Shown: positions 27,502 to 36,917 of the stretch, in pieces
Layout of the letters: each line of letters begins with the position of its first letter
Position numbering within the stretch: position 1 is the stretch's first letter
NCBI GenBank assembly: GCA_004297845.1
Contig: SCSP01000390.1
Span: 1 to 41,462, forward strand
Reading direction: 5' to 3'
DNA: 41,462 bases
From: Bacteroidota bacterium
GTDB taxonomy: Bacteria > Bacteroidota > Bacteroidia > Palsa-948
Translations under genes and position numbers: made by a program
The notes under the pieces: model-generated
What the model was told of the DNA's origin: nothing
The model's input: the letters and a program-made list of their open reading frames with translations, nothing else
The model's database searches: none

Positions 27502-30500
27502 TTATTCCTTTATAATTTTCCTATGATGAATTGAATCTCCCGATTTGACGTGAAGGAAATATACCCCGCTTGCTAATTCACTTAAGTTGAATCTGTTGTT
27601 ACTCTCTTTTGGTTTAATGCTCAGAATTATTTTCCCTAAAGCATCTGAAATTAAAATTTCATCTGCTATTAGATTTTCTGTTAAAACAGTGATTTCCCCA
27701 AAGATTGGATTAGGGTATACAAAAACACTCATATTGCCGGGCGATTCACTTACACCTGTGCACAAATCAACATACAACAATAGTGTGTCAGTGCTGCTAC
27801 AGTTGTTTGCATCTGAATAGGTGTAAATAATATTCCACAACCCTGCTCCCGCGCTGTCCGGGTCAAATGTATTTCCAACTACGCCTTGCCCGCTCCAGAT
27901 TCCTCCGGATGGGGAGCCAATTAAATTTCCCGCAGGAGACGACAGGCAGAACGTATCATTTGCAATACTTGCTGTAACTACCGGATTTGGATTTGCCAGA
28001 ATATTTTGAACATTGCTGACGGCAGTACAGCCTGCGCTGTTTGATACTATCACCGAATAATTTCCGGAAGTGTTAACTGCGATGCTTTGTACAGTGGATG
28101 AATTGCTCCATAAATAGGTATTTGCGGAACTGGAAGTCAGCGCCACGCTGTCCCCCTGGCAAAAAGTTGTTGGACTTCCTGCTGTGATAATCGGGGTAGT
28201 TGGGTTTGAATTAACAGTAACATTAATCGGTAAACTCATCGCAGTGCAACCTAACCCGTTCGCAACAGTAACCGAATAATTCCCTGATGCGCCAACTGTA
28301 ATACTCTGCATTGTTGATCCGTTATTCCACAGATAAGAATTTTCGGCAATAGAGCTAAGTGTTACGCTATTTCCCGGACAAAATGTGGTAGAACCATTTG
28401 CAGTAATCGTTGGCGTTGACGGGAGAGAATTCACAGTTATATTTGTTGTTGTACTTGTCGCAGTGCATCCAAAACCATTCGCAACTTTTACAGAATAATT
28501 CCCCGATGCACTAATGGTGATGTTTTGTGTTGTTGATCCGTTATTCCACAGGTAAGAATTATTTGTGCTGGAACTAAGTGTAACACTATTGCCAGTGCAA
28601 AATGTGGTAGATCCGCTTGCCATGATCGTTGGTGTCGAAGGGTTTGGTATGATAGTAATTGAATACGTATTGCTTTGAGAAATACAGCCGTTTACATTCA
28701 CCGCTACAGAATAATTTCCTGTTGCAGAGACCGTTATACTTTGAGTGGTTGTCCCTGTTGACCAAAGGTAAGCAGCACCGATAGCCGATGCATTCAGTGT
28801 CATACTCTTTCCTTGGCAAATAGAATCGTTGCCGATAACTGCAACCGCATTGGAAGGAGTCGCGGTTACAGTAACGAGGTTCGTAATAATAATTGTGCTG
28901 TCCAGTAAACTGGCCGTGTCGGTTATTGTAAGTTGAACAGAAAAATTTCCGGTGGTTGTATATGTGTGCGAAGGAGAAAATAATGTATCTGTATTTCCGT
29001 CACCGAAATTCCATAAATATTTATCGCCATCAACACTGTTGTTGGTAAAAGAAACAATTCCGCTGTCGCAGAAGGAAGTATTATTGGCAGTGAAACTTGG
29101 AATGAGCAATAAATTTTTATTGAATGTATCTGTAAGTGCCACGCTCCATTGCTGCAACGTATCGCGGAACTGAAAATGAATAATATGTGAGCCTTTTCGG
29201 ATTCCGGTCATATCTATATTCGTAAGCAAGCCGTAAGGATTAACAGGTGTGGACAGATTAATATTTGTGACGGAAGCGAAAGCCGTATCAATCCAATAAC
29301 GATATGCGGTTATGAGATTTGGTATTGAAGCGGAAGGGGAAATTTTCTGAAAGAACTGGTTCACAACAGAACTCCACCTATCTGCATCATCTTTGAAACG
29401 AAAGTGAAAGGTGTGAAGCCCATTGGTTAATGCAGAAGCAGAAAGTCCGGTGATCACCTGTATCTGAGTTTGAGCCGTAACAGATTGTGAAACTTTTGAG
29501 CCAAAATTATTATCGTACCAGTATTCGTAAGCAACAATCTGATGATTGGCAACAGAGGTTGCAGGAATTTTCTGAAAGAACTGACTCACTACAGAGCTCC
29601 AGTCACCCGCATCGTCTTTAAAGCGAACGTGAATGGTGTGTAAACCATCGTTTAATGCGGAAGCGGAAAGTCCGGTGATAACCTGTACCTGACTTTGAGC
29701 CGCAACAGATTGTGAAACTTTTGCGCCAAAGCCATTGTCGTACCAGTATTCGTAGGCAACAACCTGATGATTGGTAACAGAGCTTGCAGGAATTTTTTGA
29801 AAGAACTGACTCACCACAGAACTCCAGGCGCCTGCATCATCTTTGAAGCGAACGTGAAAGGTGTGCAATCCATCATTTAATGAAGAAGCAGAAAGTCCGG
29901 TGATCACCTGTACTTGACTTTGAGCTGAAACAGTTTGTGAGACTTTGGTGCCAAAGCTATTGTCATACCAATATTCATAAGCAACAACCTGATGATTAGT
30001 AACAGAGCTTGCAGGAATTTTTTGAAAGAACTGACTCACCACAGAACTCCAGACGCCCGCATCATCTTTGAAGCGAATGTGAAAGGTGTGTAATCCATCA
30101 TTTAATGAAGGAGCAGAAAGTCCTGAGATTACCTGTACTTGACTTTGAGCAGTAACTGATTGTGAGACTTTGGAGCCAAAGCCATTGTCGTACCAATATT
30201 CATAAGCAACAATCTTATGATTGGTAACAGAGCTTGCAGGAATTTTTTGAAAGAACTGACTCACCACAGAACTCCAGACACCTGCATCATCTTTGAAGCG
30301 GATGTGAAAGGTGTGAAGTCCATCGGCCAATGCAGAAGCTGTCAGTCCAGTAATTACTTGTATTTGACTTTGAGCCGTAACAGATTGTGAAATTTTTGCA
30401 CCAAAATTATTATCGTACCAGTATTCGTAAGCAACGATCTGGCGATTGGTAATAGTAGTAGTAGGAATTTTCTGAAAGAATTGACTTACAACGGAACTGT

Positions 30501-31578
30501 ATCTCGAATTATCATCTCTGAAGTGAATATGAAATGTATGTAATCCGTCAGTTAGACCAATAGTAGAAACAGTGCTAATAAAGTTGAAACTACCCACAGG
30601 GCTTATACCGGTTGTGGTACGTGCAGCATAAGAATTATCGAACCAATATTCGTAAGAATTTATTTTTGAAGGAGGTGGGTTCCATTCCCAAAAATCCTGT
30701 TTATTAGCGACATCCAATCCTGTTCCGATGTACCCTTTTGCGCCAATAGAAAATCCTGTGGCGTAATATCTTGTTGTTCCGCCAAAACTTGCCTTTTGCA
30801 CCCAGATATCAGTCGCCTGATTCCATTCCCAAAAATCCTGTTGATTAGCACCATCATTTCCTGTTCCTATATACCCTTTTGTGCCGATAGAAAATCCTAC
30901 GGCAGCATGTCTCGCTGTTCCGCCAAAATCAGCTTTTCGCGTCCATACATCGGTCGCCTGATCCCATTCCCAAAAATCCTGTTTATTAACGCCATCATTT
31001 CCCGTTCCGATGTACCCTTTTGTACCAATAGAAAATCCTACGGCACTATATCTCGCTGTTCCGCCAAAATCAGCTTTTCGCGTCCATACATCAGTCGCCT
31101 GATCCCATTCCCAAAAATCCTGTTGATTAGCGCCATCATTTCCTGTGCCGATATACCCTTTTGTGCCGATAGAAAATCCTGTGGCTCCCCATCTTACAGT
31201 TCCGCCAAAGTTTGCTTTTGATGTCCAGCTATTGGTCGTCTGATCCCATTCCCAAAAATTATTTGTAAAACCACCGATTTCCCCTGTCCCGACATACCCT
31301 TTTGTGCCGATAGAAAATCCTACGGCAGTATATCTTGCTGCTCCAACAAAATCAGCTTTTTGCGTCCATGCATTAGTTGCTTGATTCCATTCCCAGAAAC
31401 TTTGTTGACGAACCAAGCCATCTGTACCGGTTCCGATGTAGCCTTTTGTACCGATAGAAAATCCTACGGCAGCGTATCTCGCTATTCCGCCAAAGTCGGC
31501 TTTTTGAGTCCATGTGTCTTGTGCATTTGAACTTACTACAAAAACAATAAATATGATTACGAGATAGAATTTTTTCAT
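27502..31578 (-). CDS. Large T9SS cargo: 6 Kelch blades, 7 x ~75-aa EYW(Y/F)D repeats, PKD, Ig-like PTITA.G.TTFC repeats, type-A CTD
   Basis: Signal peptide SNAQ, repeats visible in the translation, WNFGDG PKD, VYPNP...SGVYFL...KIIKE. Confidence 0.9.
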   Translation of the reverse strand: MKKFYLVIIFIVFVVSSNAQDTWTQKADFGGIARYAAVGFSIGTKGYIGTGTDGLVRQQSFWEWNQATNAWTQKADFVGAARYTAVGFSIGTKGYVGTGEIGGFTNNFWEWDQTTNSWTSKANFGGTVRWGATGFSIGTKGYIGTGNDGANQQDFWEWDQATDVWTRKADFGGTARYSAVGFSIGTKGYIGTGNDGVNKQDFWEWDQATDVWTRKADFGGTARHAAVGFSIGTKGYIGTGNDGANQQDFWEWNQATDIWVQKASFGGTTRYYATGFSIGAKGYIGTGLDVANKQDFWEWNPPPSKINSYEYWFDNSYAARTTTGISPVGSFNFISTVSTIGLTDGLHTFHIHFRDDNSRYSSVVSQFFQKIPTTTITNRQIVAYEYWYDNNFGAKISQSVTAQSQIQVITGLTASALADGLHTFHIRFKDDAGVWSSVVSQFFQKIPASSVTNHKIVAYEYWYDNGFGSKVSQSVTAQSQVQVISGLSAPSLNDGLHTFHIRFKDDAGVWSSVVSQFFQKIPASSVTNHQVVAYEYWYDNSFGTKVSQTVSAQSQVQVITGLSASSLNDGLHTFHVRFKDDAGAWSSVVSQFFQKIPASSVTNHQVVAYEYWYDNGFGAKVSQSVAAQSQVQVITGLSASALNDGLHTIHVRFKDDAGDWSSVVSQFFQKIPATSVANHQIVAYEYWYDNNFGSKVSQSVTAQTQIQVITGLSASALTNGLHTFHFRFKDDADRWSSVVNQFFQKISPSASIPNLITAYRYWIDTAFASVTNINLSTPVNPYGLLTNIDMTGIRKGSHIIHFQFRDTLQQWSVALTDTFNKNLLLIPSFTANNTSFCDSGIVSFTNNSVDGDKYLWNFGDGNTDTLFSPSHTYTTTGNFSVQLTITDTASLLDSTIIITNLVTVTATPSNAVAVIGNDSICQGKSMTLNASAIGAAYLWSTGTTTQSITVSATGNYSVAVNVNGCISQSNTYSITIIPNPSTPTIMASGSTTFCTGNSVTLSSSTNNSYLWNNGSTTQNITISASGNYSVKVANGFGCTATSTTTNITVNSLPSTPTITANGSTTFCPGNSVTLSSIAENSYLWNNGSTMQSITVGASGNYSVTVANGLGCTAMSLPINVTVNSNPTTPIITAGSPTTFCQGDSVALTSSSANTYLWSNSSTVQSIAVNTSGNYSVIVSNSAGCTAVSNVQNILANPNPVVTASIANDTFCLSSPAGNLIGSPSGGIWSGQGVVGNTFDPDSAGAGLWNIIYTYSDANNCSSTDTLLLYVDLCTGVSESPGNMSVFVYPNPIFGEITVLTENLIADEILISDALGKIILSIKPKESNNRFNLSELASGVYFLHVKSGDSIHHRKIIKE
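29125..30660 (-). repeat. Coding tandem repeat, 225-bp (75-aa) unit, 7 copies (5 near-identical)
   Basis: Recurring AYEYWYDN.FG.KVSQ.V.AQ.Q.QVI.GL.A..L.DGLHTFH.RFKDDAG.WSSVVSQFFQKIP. Confidence 0.92.
30680..31518 (-). repeat. Coding Kelch repeats, 141-bp (47-aa) unit, 6 copies
   Basis: W..KA.FGG..R..A.GFSIG.KGY.GTG......FWEW repeated six times. Confidence 0.92.
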
Positions 31579-31590
31579 CGTATAATTATA

Positions 31591-32622
31591 TTAATTGTCT
31601 TGTGCCTTTACCTTTATATTGATATTCAAATCGCCAGCCGGTGTGGTGGTTGGGGCAATCGTTTTTGTTTGGATGTGCGGATTCCCGGGAACAGCAGCTT
31701 CTTTATAAGGGTAATATCCTCCGTAAATCCCAACTTGTGTTCCATCGGTGCCTAAATATGTTCCAGGAGATTGAAGGTGGTAGTTGTGCGTGTAGTTAAA
31801 GGAATTTCCGGTTTGGCTAGTGAAAATGGATGCTTGGGGCACATTAAAATAGTTTCCACTGATAACACCTGATCCTAGAGAAGGCGTATAAATAAAAAGA
31901 TTGTTGCTTACGGTATTGTTCACTGCTCCTCCGCGAAAAATAACATTGCTATGAATTATAATATTGTTTTGAATCAATGACTGGTCGCTGTAGTAAAATA
32001 CAAAGTCTTCATTCCATCCCCAATTGCCATCATAATTCAAAAACACATTATTTTGCACCACCCCATTATTTAAATAACGCACTCCTCCATTCACAATGTT
32101 ATTTGAGAAATTAAGTGTGTTTGCGTTGTCGGTATTCAGACTCCCTGCCACAATATTATTTATCAATGTAGCATGTATGCATGGGGTAGTCCGGCTTCCC
32201 GAAAAATTTATACTGCCGTTAATAAAATTCTTTTTTATCAGAACATAATCAACCGCCTGATCAGCAGTAAAATTTAAACTGCCATTTATATACAGACCCT
32301 CAATACAGGAACTATCTGCACTACCCGAAAGCGTGATTGTAGTGGTGACGAAACTTACTCCTGTGGCTCCTGTGCTGTCGGGATAATGTCCAGTTCCTAT
32401 AATGGTGAGGCGTTTATCAATGGAAGCAGGAGGATTAAAATTTCCGCCCGGTAAAATAATTGTATCACCGGCAACAGAGGCTGTGTAAGCATCCACAAAT
32501 CCGCTGTTGCTGTAAAAAGGAGTAGTGGTTCCGTTGTGGTGAAGCGTTACAACAGTAAGTTGAGCGCTGGCAGAAGCCACAGACGTAAGAAACAATGTAG
32601 TTGCGAGGAAAAGGTTTTTCAT
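31591..32622 (-). CDS. Secreted right-handed parallel beta-helix protein (paralog A), no T9SS CTD
   Basis: Signal peptide, AGDTIILPGG, IIGTGHY, Asn-ladder I.NNI/NNVF repeats, GTDGTQVGIYGG. Confidence 0.78.
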   Translation of the reverse strand: MKNLFLATTLFLTSVASASAQLTVVTLHHNGTTTPFYSNSGFVDAYTASVAGDTIILPGGNFNPPASIDKRLTIIGTGHYPDSTGATGVSFVTTTITLSGSADSSCIEGLYINGSLNFTADQAVDYVLIKKNFINGSINFSGSRTTPCIHATLINNIVAGSLNTDNANTLNFSNNIVNGGVRYLNNGVVQNNVFLNYDGNWGWNEDFVFYYSDQSLIQNNIIIHSNVIFRGGAVNNTVSNNLFIYTPSLGSGVISGNYFNVPQASIFTSQTGNSFNYTHNYHLQSPGTYLGTDGTQVGIYGGYYPYKEAAVPGNPHIQTKTIAPTTTPAGDLNINIKVKAQDN

Positions 32623-32645
32623 TTTTTTTATTTTTAAGTGATTAC

Positions 32646-33680
32646 TTATTTGTCTTGTGCGCCAACAGTAATATTGATATTCAAATCCCCGTTGTTATCT
32701 GTATAAGGGGCAATGATTTTCGAACGAATGTGAGGATTGGCCGGAACTGCGCCTGCCTTGTACGGATTTGCTGTTCCATACATCCCAACCTGTGTTCCGT
32801 CATTACCCAAATATGTTGCCGGATTTTGCAAATGATAATCACTGGAGTAGTCTATAGTGTAATCTGTTTCATTTACGAAAAAATTTGTAAAGGAAATATT
32901 TGTATAGTTTCCGCTTCCGATATTTGAGCCGACAGGGAATGAAAGAGGAATATTAAACACATTGTTTGTGAAAATGCCGGAGTAAACATCACTGCTGATC
33001 CCAATTACTCCACATCCGCTAACGAGTATGGCAATATTATTTTCTACAGTGGCGTTTGACCCTGTGGCAATACAATAAGCCGGACATCCGCCACCACCAA
33101 GGAATGTATTGTTTTTTACAGATATGTTCCCATTAAATAAGGATACATCGGCATTGATCAGATTATTTTCAATGCTAACAAACTGCGCGTTGCATACCCT
33201 CACCCATCCTCTTACAATATTTTCTTTTACTATTATATAAGATGCTGTGCCCGTTAAATTTTGGTTGTACCCCATCTGAATTCCAGCCACATTGCATCGG
33301 GCGATGCTATAATTTGTAACCGTTTGGTTAGCAGGCGAGTTTCCAAAAATAATGCTGCCAGTGAGGTAGATTCCCGATATAGAACCGAACGAAGCATTAT
33401 TTTTCAAATAAATATTTCCACTGAGTGTGGTGGCATAAGTTGCCTGTGTTGAATCCGGATAATGTCCAGCTCCTATTATAGTAATGGAGGAATCAATAAA
33501 TAAATTATTTATCTGGAATCCGCCTCCCGGAAGGTAGATTGTATCTCCTGTTCTTGCAGTGAAGAAAACAGAATCTATCTGGTAATAGATATGCGAAGTT
33601 CCGTTCTGCCTTACAAAAGCACGCTGAGCGTACATATTCAATGAAAGAAGAAAAAGCGATAATGTGATAATTTTTTTCAT
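32646..33680 (-). CDS. Secreted right-handed parallel beta-helix protein (paralog B), no T9SS CTD
   Basis: Signal peptide, TGDTIYLPGG, IIGAGHYPDST, NNL/NNT/NNI repeats, GNDGTQVGMYG. Confidence 0.78.
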   Translation of the reverse strand: MKKIITLSLFLLSLNMYAQRAFVRQNGTSHIYYQIDSVFFTARTGDTIYLPGGGFQINNLFIDSSITIIGAGHYPDSTQATYATTLSGNIYLKNNASFGSISGIYLTGSIIFGNSPANQTVTNYSIARCNVAGIQMGYNQNLTGTASYIIVKENIVRGWVRVCNAQFVSIENNLINADVSLFNGNISVKNNTFLGGGGCPAYCIATGSNATVENNIAILVSGCGVIGISSDVYSGIFTNNVFNIPLSFPVGSNIGSGNYTNISFTNFFVNETDYTIDYSSDYHLQNPATYLGNDGTQVGMYGTANPYKAGAVPANPHIRSKIIAPYTDNNGDLNINITVGAQDK

Positions 33681-33704
33681 GTTAATTCTTTTTGTCTATG
33701 AATA

Positions 33705-33769
33705 CAAAAGAACAACACTTGCCTTTTTTAGTTTATGAGTTATGTCATTTAATCGTATGATTCATATCA
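33705..33769 (-). promoter_or_regulatory. Tandem TGA-N6-TCA boxes (33769-33758, 33747-33736) plus -7-like TTCTTTTG (33712-33705)
   Basis: Minus strand TGATATGAATCA-N10-TGACATAACTCA-N23-TTCTTTTG. Confidence 0.74.
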
Positions 33770-33782
33770 GACCAACCCCTGT

Positions 33783-33823
33783 AAACTAAAACTGCCCGTC
33801 CCCTACAAATCGGGACAGGCAGT
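33783..33823 (-). terminator. Intrinsic terminator on the minus strand
   Basis: ACTGCCTGTCCC...GGGACGGGCAGT 12-bp stem (one U-G pair) followed by TTTAGTTT. Confidence 0.75.
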
Positions 33824-33950
33824 GAGTGCGAAGCCTTATGGGGCTAAACAATCTATCTGACAAGCAGGTGATTTCAGAGCGATAAACTATTTACCCAAAC
33901 AAAAATTTGTTAGTGCCAGTGCTTGTTAATCGGTAATTATTAACTCGTCT
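33785..33950 (-). ncRNA. Candidate ~165-nt small RNA between lpxK and the beta-helix operon
   Basis: -7 element AATCTTTG at 33962-33955, no ATG-initiated ORF, strong terminator at the end; family not recognised. Confidence 0.35.
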
Positions 33951-33968
33951 GTCGCAAAGATTTTATTG

Positions 33969-35039
33969 TCAAATGTTATTTTTTTGTTCTGTCCTGATAA
34001 TGTAGTTTATTATAAGTTGATCGAATTCTTTTTTTTCCTTTTCATCAAAAGTGGTTTCAATGGGAATATAATACATAGGCAATTTGTGCAGCACTTCTAC
34101 CAGTCCCGGTTTATCCAGCCGCATGGCATCTTTTTCCGTGATGATTATAAATTTATTGGGAGATGAAATGCTGTTAAACGTTTCAATGAGCCGGGTAGCT
34201 TCCACCAGCGTGTACTCATGATGGTCGGGATATGCCAGAGAAATTATTTTTAATTTCTTATTGAGCAGGAAGTCTTCAAGCGGCCTTGGGTTGGAGATGC
34301 CGGTAAGAAGAATGGCTGTTCCCCTCTCCTGAAAGAGAGGGGGCAGGGGGGAGGTGAATACAGGCACAGGTTCGCCATATTTGATGTGAGAAAATAAAAC
34401 ATATTGGTGCGGTTCGGGATTTATCTTTTTCAAGATGATCCTTTTTTCCACGGGTGTTAAATGGTCAGGGCATTTTGTAGCCACAATAATGTCAGCCCTT
34501 TTTTTACCGGCTCTCCATTCTCTCAGCGTTCCTACCGGAAGCAAAAAATCATCGTAAAACATTTTTCCGTAATCGGAAAGTAAAATGCTCAGTCCCGGTT
34601 TTACTCTGCGGTGCTGAAAAGCATCGTCAAGCAAAAGTACTTTCAACTCAGGAAATTTGCCAATAAGCTTTTGTATGCCATTTTTTCTGTTTTCATCCAC
34701 CGAAACGATAAGTTCCGGAAATTTTTTCTTGAACTGAAGCGGTTCATCGCCAATTTGATGAGAGGTGGAATCTTTATCCGCGATGAGAAAACCGCTGGTA
34801 TGCCGTTTGTAGCCTCTGCTTAATGTAGCAATCGGAAAGCGACCTTTTAGAAGACGAACCAGATATTCTATCATCGGAGTTTTCCCTGTACCACCGGCAG
34901 AAAGATTTCCAATTACGATCACAGATCGGTTAAATTCGGCAGAGGGCAAAACCCCGCTGTCGTAAAACCAGTTGCGGATCAATATGGCAAGTCCGTACAG
35001 AAAAGCAAAGGGGAATAATAATAACTTTAAAAATTCCAT
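33969..35039 (-). CDS. lpxK: Tetraacyldisaccharide 4'-kinase
   Basis: IGNLSAGGTGKTP, LSRGY, IGDEP, LLDDAFQH, LLPVG.LRE, YPDHH, TEKD. Confidence 0.96.
   Translation of the reverse strand: MEFLKLLLFPFAFLYGLAILIRNWFYDSGVLPSAEFNRSVIVIGNLSAGGTGKTPMIEYLVRLLKGRFPIATLSRGYKRHTSGFLIADKDSTSHQIGDEPLQFKKKFPELIVSVDENRKNGIQKLIGKFPELKVLLLDDAFQHRRVKPGLSILLSDYGKMFYDDFLLPVGTLREWRAGKKRADIIVATKCPDHLTPVEKRIILKKINPEPHQYVLFSHIKYGEPVPVFTSPLPPLFQERGTAILLTGISNPRPLEDFLLNKKLKIISLAYPDHHEYTLVEATRLIETFNSISSPNKFIIITEKDAMRLDKPGLVEVLHKLPMYYIPIETTFDEKEKKEFDQLIINYIIRTEQKNNI
34319..34358. repeat. C/G-run REP-like palindrome, in frame within lpxK (encodes FTSPLPPLFQERG)
   Basis: CCCCTCTC-CTGAAA-GAGAGGGG hairpin plus GCAGGGGGGAGG tail; related copies elsewhere in the window. 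Confidence 0.65.
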
Positions 35040-35117
35040 TCATTAAAAATACGAATAGTATTACTAAGTGAGCGATTTGACTAACTTCGCGCCTCAAATT
35101 TTACAGGTATAAATTTT

Positions 35118-36917
35118 ATGCAGAGGATCAGAAACATCGCCATTATTGCTCACGTTGACCATGGAAAAACAACGCTTGTTGACAAAATACTTCATCAGTG
35201 CCAGCTTTTCCGGGAGAACCAGGCTACGGGAGAGCTGATTCTGGATAATAATGATCTGGAAAGAGAACGCGGAATTACAATTCTTGCAAAAAATGTTTCC
35301 GTAAATTACAAGGATACGAAGATCAATATCATTGATACTCCCGGCCACGCAGATTTTGGAGGAGAGGTGGAGCGCGTTTTAAACATGGCAGACGGAGTTT
35401 TGCTGTTGGTTGATGCCTTTGAAGGACCCATGCCACAAACACGTTTCGTATTGCAAAAAGCATTATTACATGGATTGAAAGCAATTGTGGTAATTAATAA
35501 AGTGGATAAGCCGAATTGTCGCCCCGATGAAGTGCACGATAAGGTATTCGAACTTTTCTTTAACTTGGGCGCTACTGAAGAACAGTTGAATTTTCCTACT
35601 ATTTATGGTTCTTCCAAACATGGATGGATGAGTACAGACTGGAAAAAGGAAACCAAAGATATTCTGCCATTACTGGACGCTATTGTAGAACATATTCCGT
35701 CTGCGCCATCACGCGCAGGCACGCCTCAAATGCAGATCACTTCGCTGGATTATTCCTCCTTCATCGGTCGTATCGCTGTAGGGCGCGTTTTCAGGGGAGA
35801 GGTAAAAGAGAATATGCCTTTTTCATTGGTGAAACGGGACGGAAAAATTGTAAAATCAAGAATACGTGAGATATTTACGTTTGACGGACTGGCAAAGAAA
35901 AAAGTTTCAGCCGTAAAGTCGGGTGACATATGCGCTGTTACGGGCATTGAAGGTTTTGACATAGGTGATACCATTGCGGATTTTGAAAATCCGGAAGGCC
36001 TTAAGCCCATCTCGATCGATGAGCCGACTATGAGCATGCTTTTCACGATCAACAACTCACCTTTTTTCGGAAAAGATGGAAAATTTGTTACATCAAGGCA
36101 TTTAAAAGACAGACTGGATAAAGAGTTGGAAAAAAATCTGGCTCTAAGAGTAGAGGATACAGGTTCTCCGGATTCTTATATGGTTTTTGGGAGAGGCATT
36201 CTGCATCTTTCCATTCTCATTGAAACAATGCGGAGAGAAGGTTACGAGCTGCAGGTCGGCCAGCCACAGGTTATTATAAAAGAGATTGACGGAGTAAAGC
36301 ATGAACCTATTGAGGTGCTTACCGTTGACACACCGGAAGAATATACCGGAAAAGTAATTGAATTTGTAAGCCAGCGCAAAGGCGAAATGCTGATTATGGA
36401 ACCCAAAGGCGATCTCACTCGTATGGAATTTGATATTCCTGCACGCGGACTGATAGGTTTACGAAACGCCATACTCACCTCTACGGCAGGAGAAGCCATT
36501 ATGTCGCACCGATTCAAAGGTTTTGAACCATGGAAAGGACATATTCCCGGTAGAATTGCCGGAGTTCTTATTTCGAAAGAGAAAGGCCCCGCTATTGCCT
36601 ATTCGATAGACAGGCTACAGGACAGAGGGAAATATTTTGTGGAACCCGGAGATGAAATATATTCCGGACAAGTGATCGGAGAGCATATCCGTCCGGACGA
36701 CCTGACAATTAATATCTGTACAGAAAAAAAACTGACCAACATGCGTGCCACCGGCAGCGAAGATAAAATGCGCATTGCTCCGAAAATAAAATTCTCTCTG
36801 GAAGAAGCGCTTGAGTATATTCAGAAAGATGAATTAGTGGAGATCACGCCCAAACACATTCGTATGCGGAAAATTGTGTTGGATGAAAAAGAAAGGCAGA
36901 GGACGGAGAAGAAATAG
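35118..36917 (+). CDS. typA: Translational GTPase TypA/BipA
   Basis: AHVDHGKTTLVD, ERERGITILAKN, DTPGHADFGGEVER, GRGILHL, KKLTNMRA. Confidence 0.98.
   Translation: MQRIRNIAIIAHVDHGKTTLVDKILHQCQLFRENQATGELILDNNDLERERGITILAKNVSVNYKDTKINIIDTPGHADFGGEVERVLNMADGVLLLVDAFEGPMPQTRFVLQKALLHGLKAIVVINKVDKPNCRPDEVHDKVFELFFNLGATEEQLNFPTIYGSSKHGWMSTDWKKETKDILPLLDAIVEHIPSAPSRAGTPQMQITSLDYSSFIGRIAVGRVFRGEVKENMPFSLVKRDGKIVKSRIREIFTFDGLAKKKVSAVKSGDICAVTGIEGFDIGDTIADFENPEGLKPISIDEPTMSMLFTINNSPFFGKDGKFVTSRHLKDRLDKELEKNLALRVEDTGSPDSYMVFGRGILHLSILIETMRREGYELQVGQPQVIIKEIDGVKHEPIEVLTVDTPEEYTGKVIEFVSQRKGEMLIMEPKGDLTRMEFDIPARGLIGLRNAILTSTAGEAIMSHRFKGFEPWKGHIPGRIAGVLISKEKGPAIAYSIDRLQDRGKYFVEPGDEIYSGQVIGEHIRPDDLTINICTEKKLTNMRATGSEDKMRIAPKIKFSLEEALEYIQKDELVEITPKHIRMRKIVLDEKERQRTEKK

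Noticed and set aside
29125-31518. Regular repeats that could suggest a CRISPR array
   Set aside because: Units are 225 and 141 bp, are multiples of three, lie inside one ORF and have no unique spacers; no cas genes are present.
1-33780. Calling the accessory region a prophage, ICE or defence island
   Set aside because: No integrase, transposase, relaxase, phage or defence gene, tRNA or att repeat was seen; the beta-CASP nuclease and ABC1 kinase fit ordinary families.
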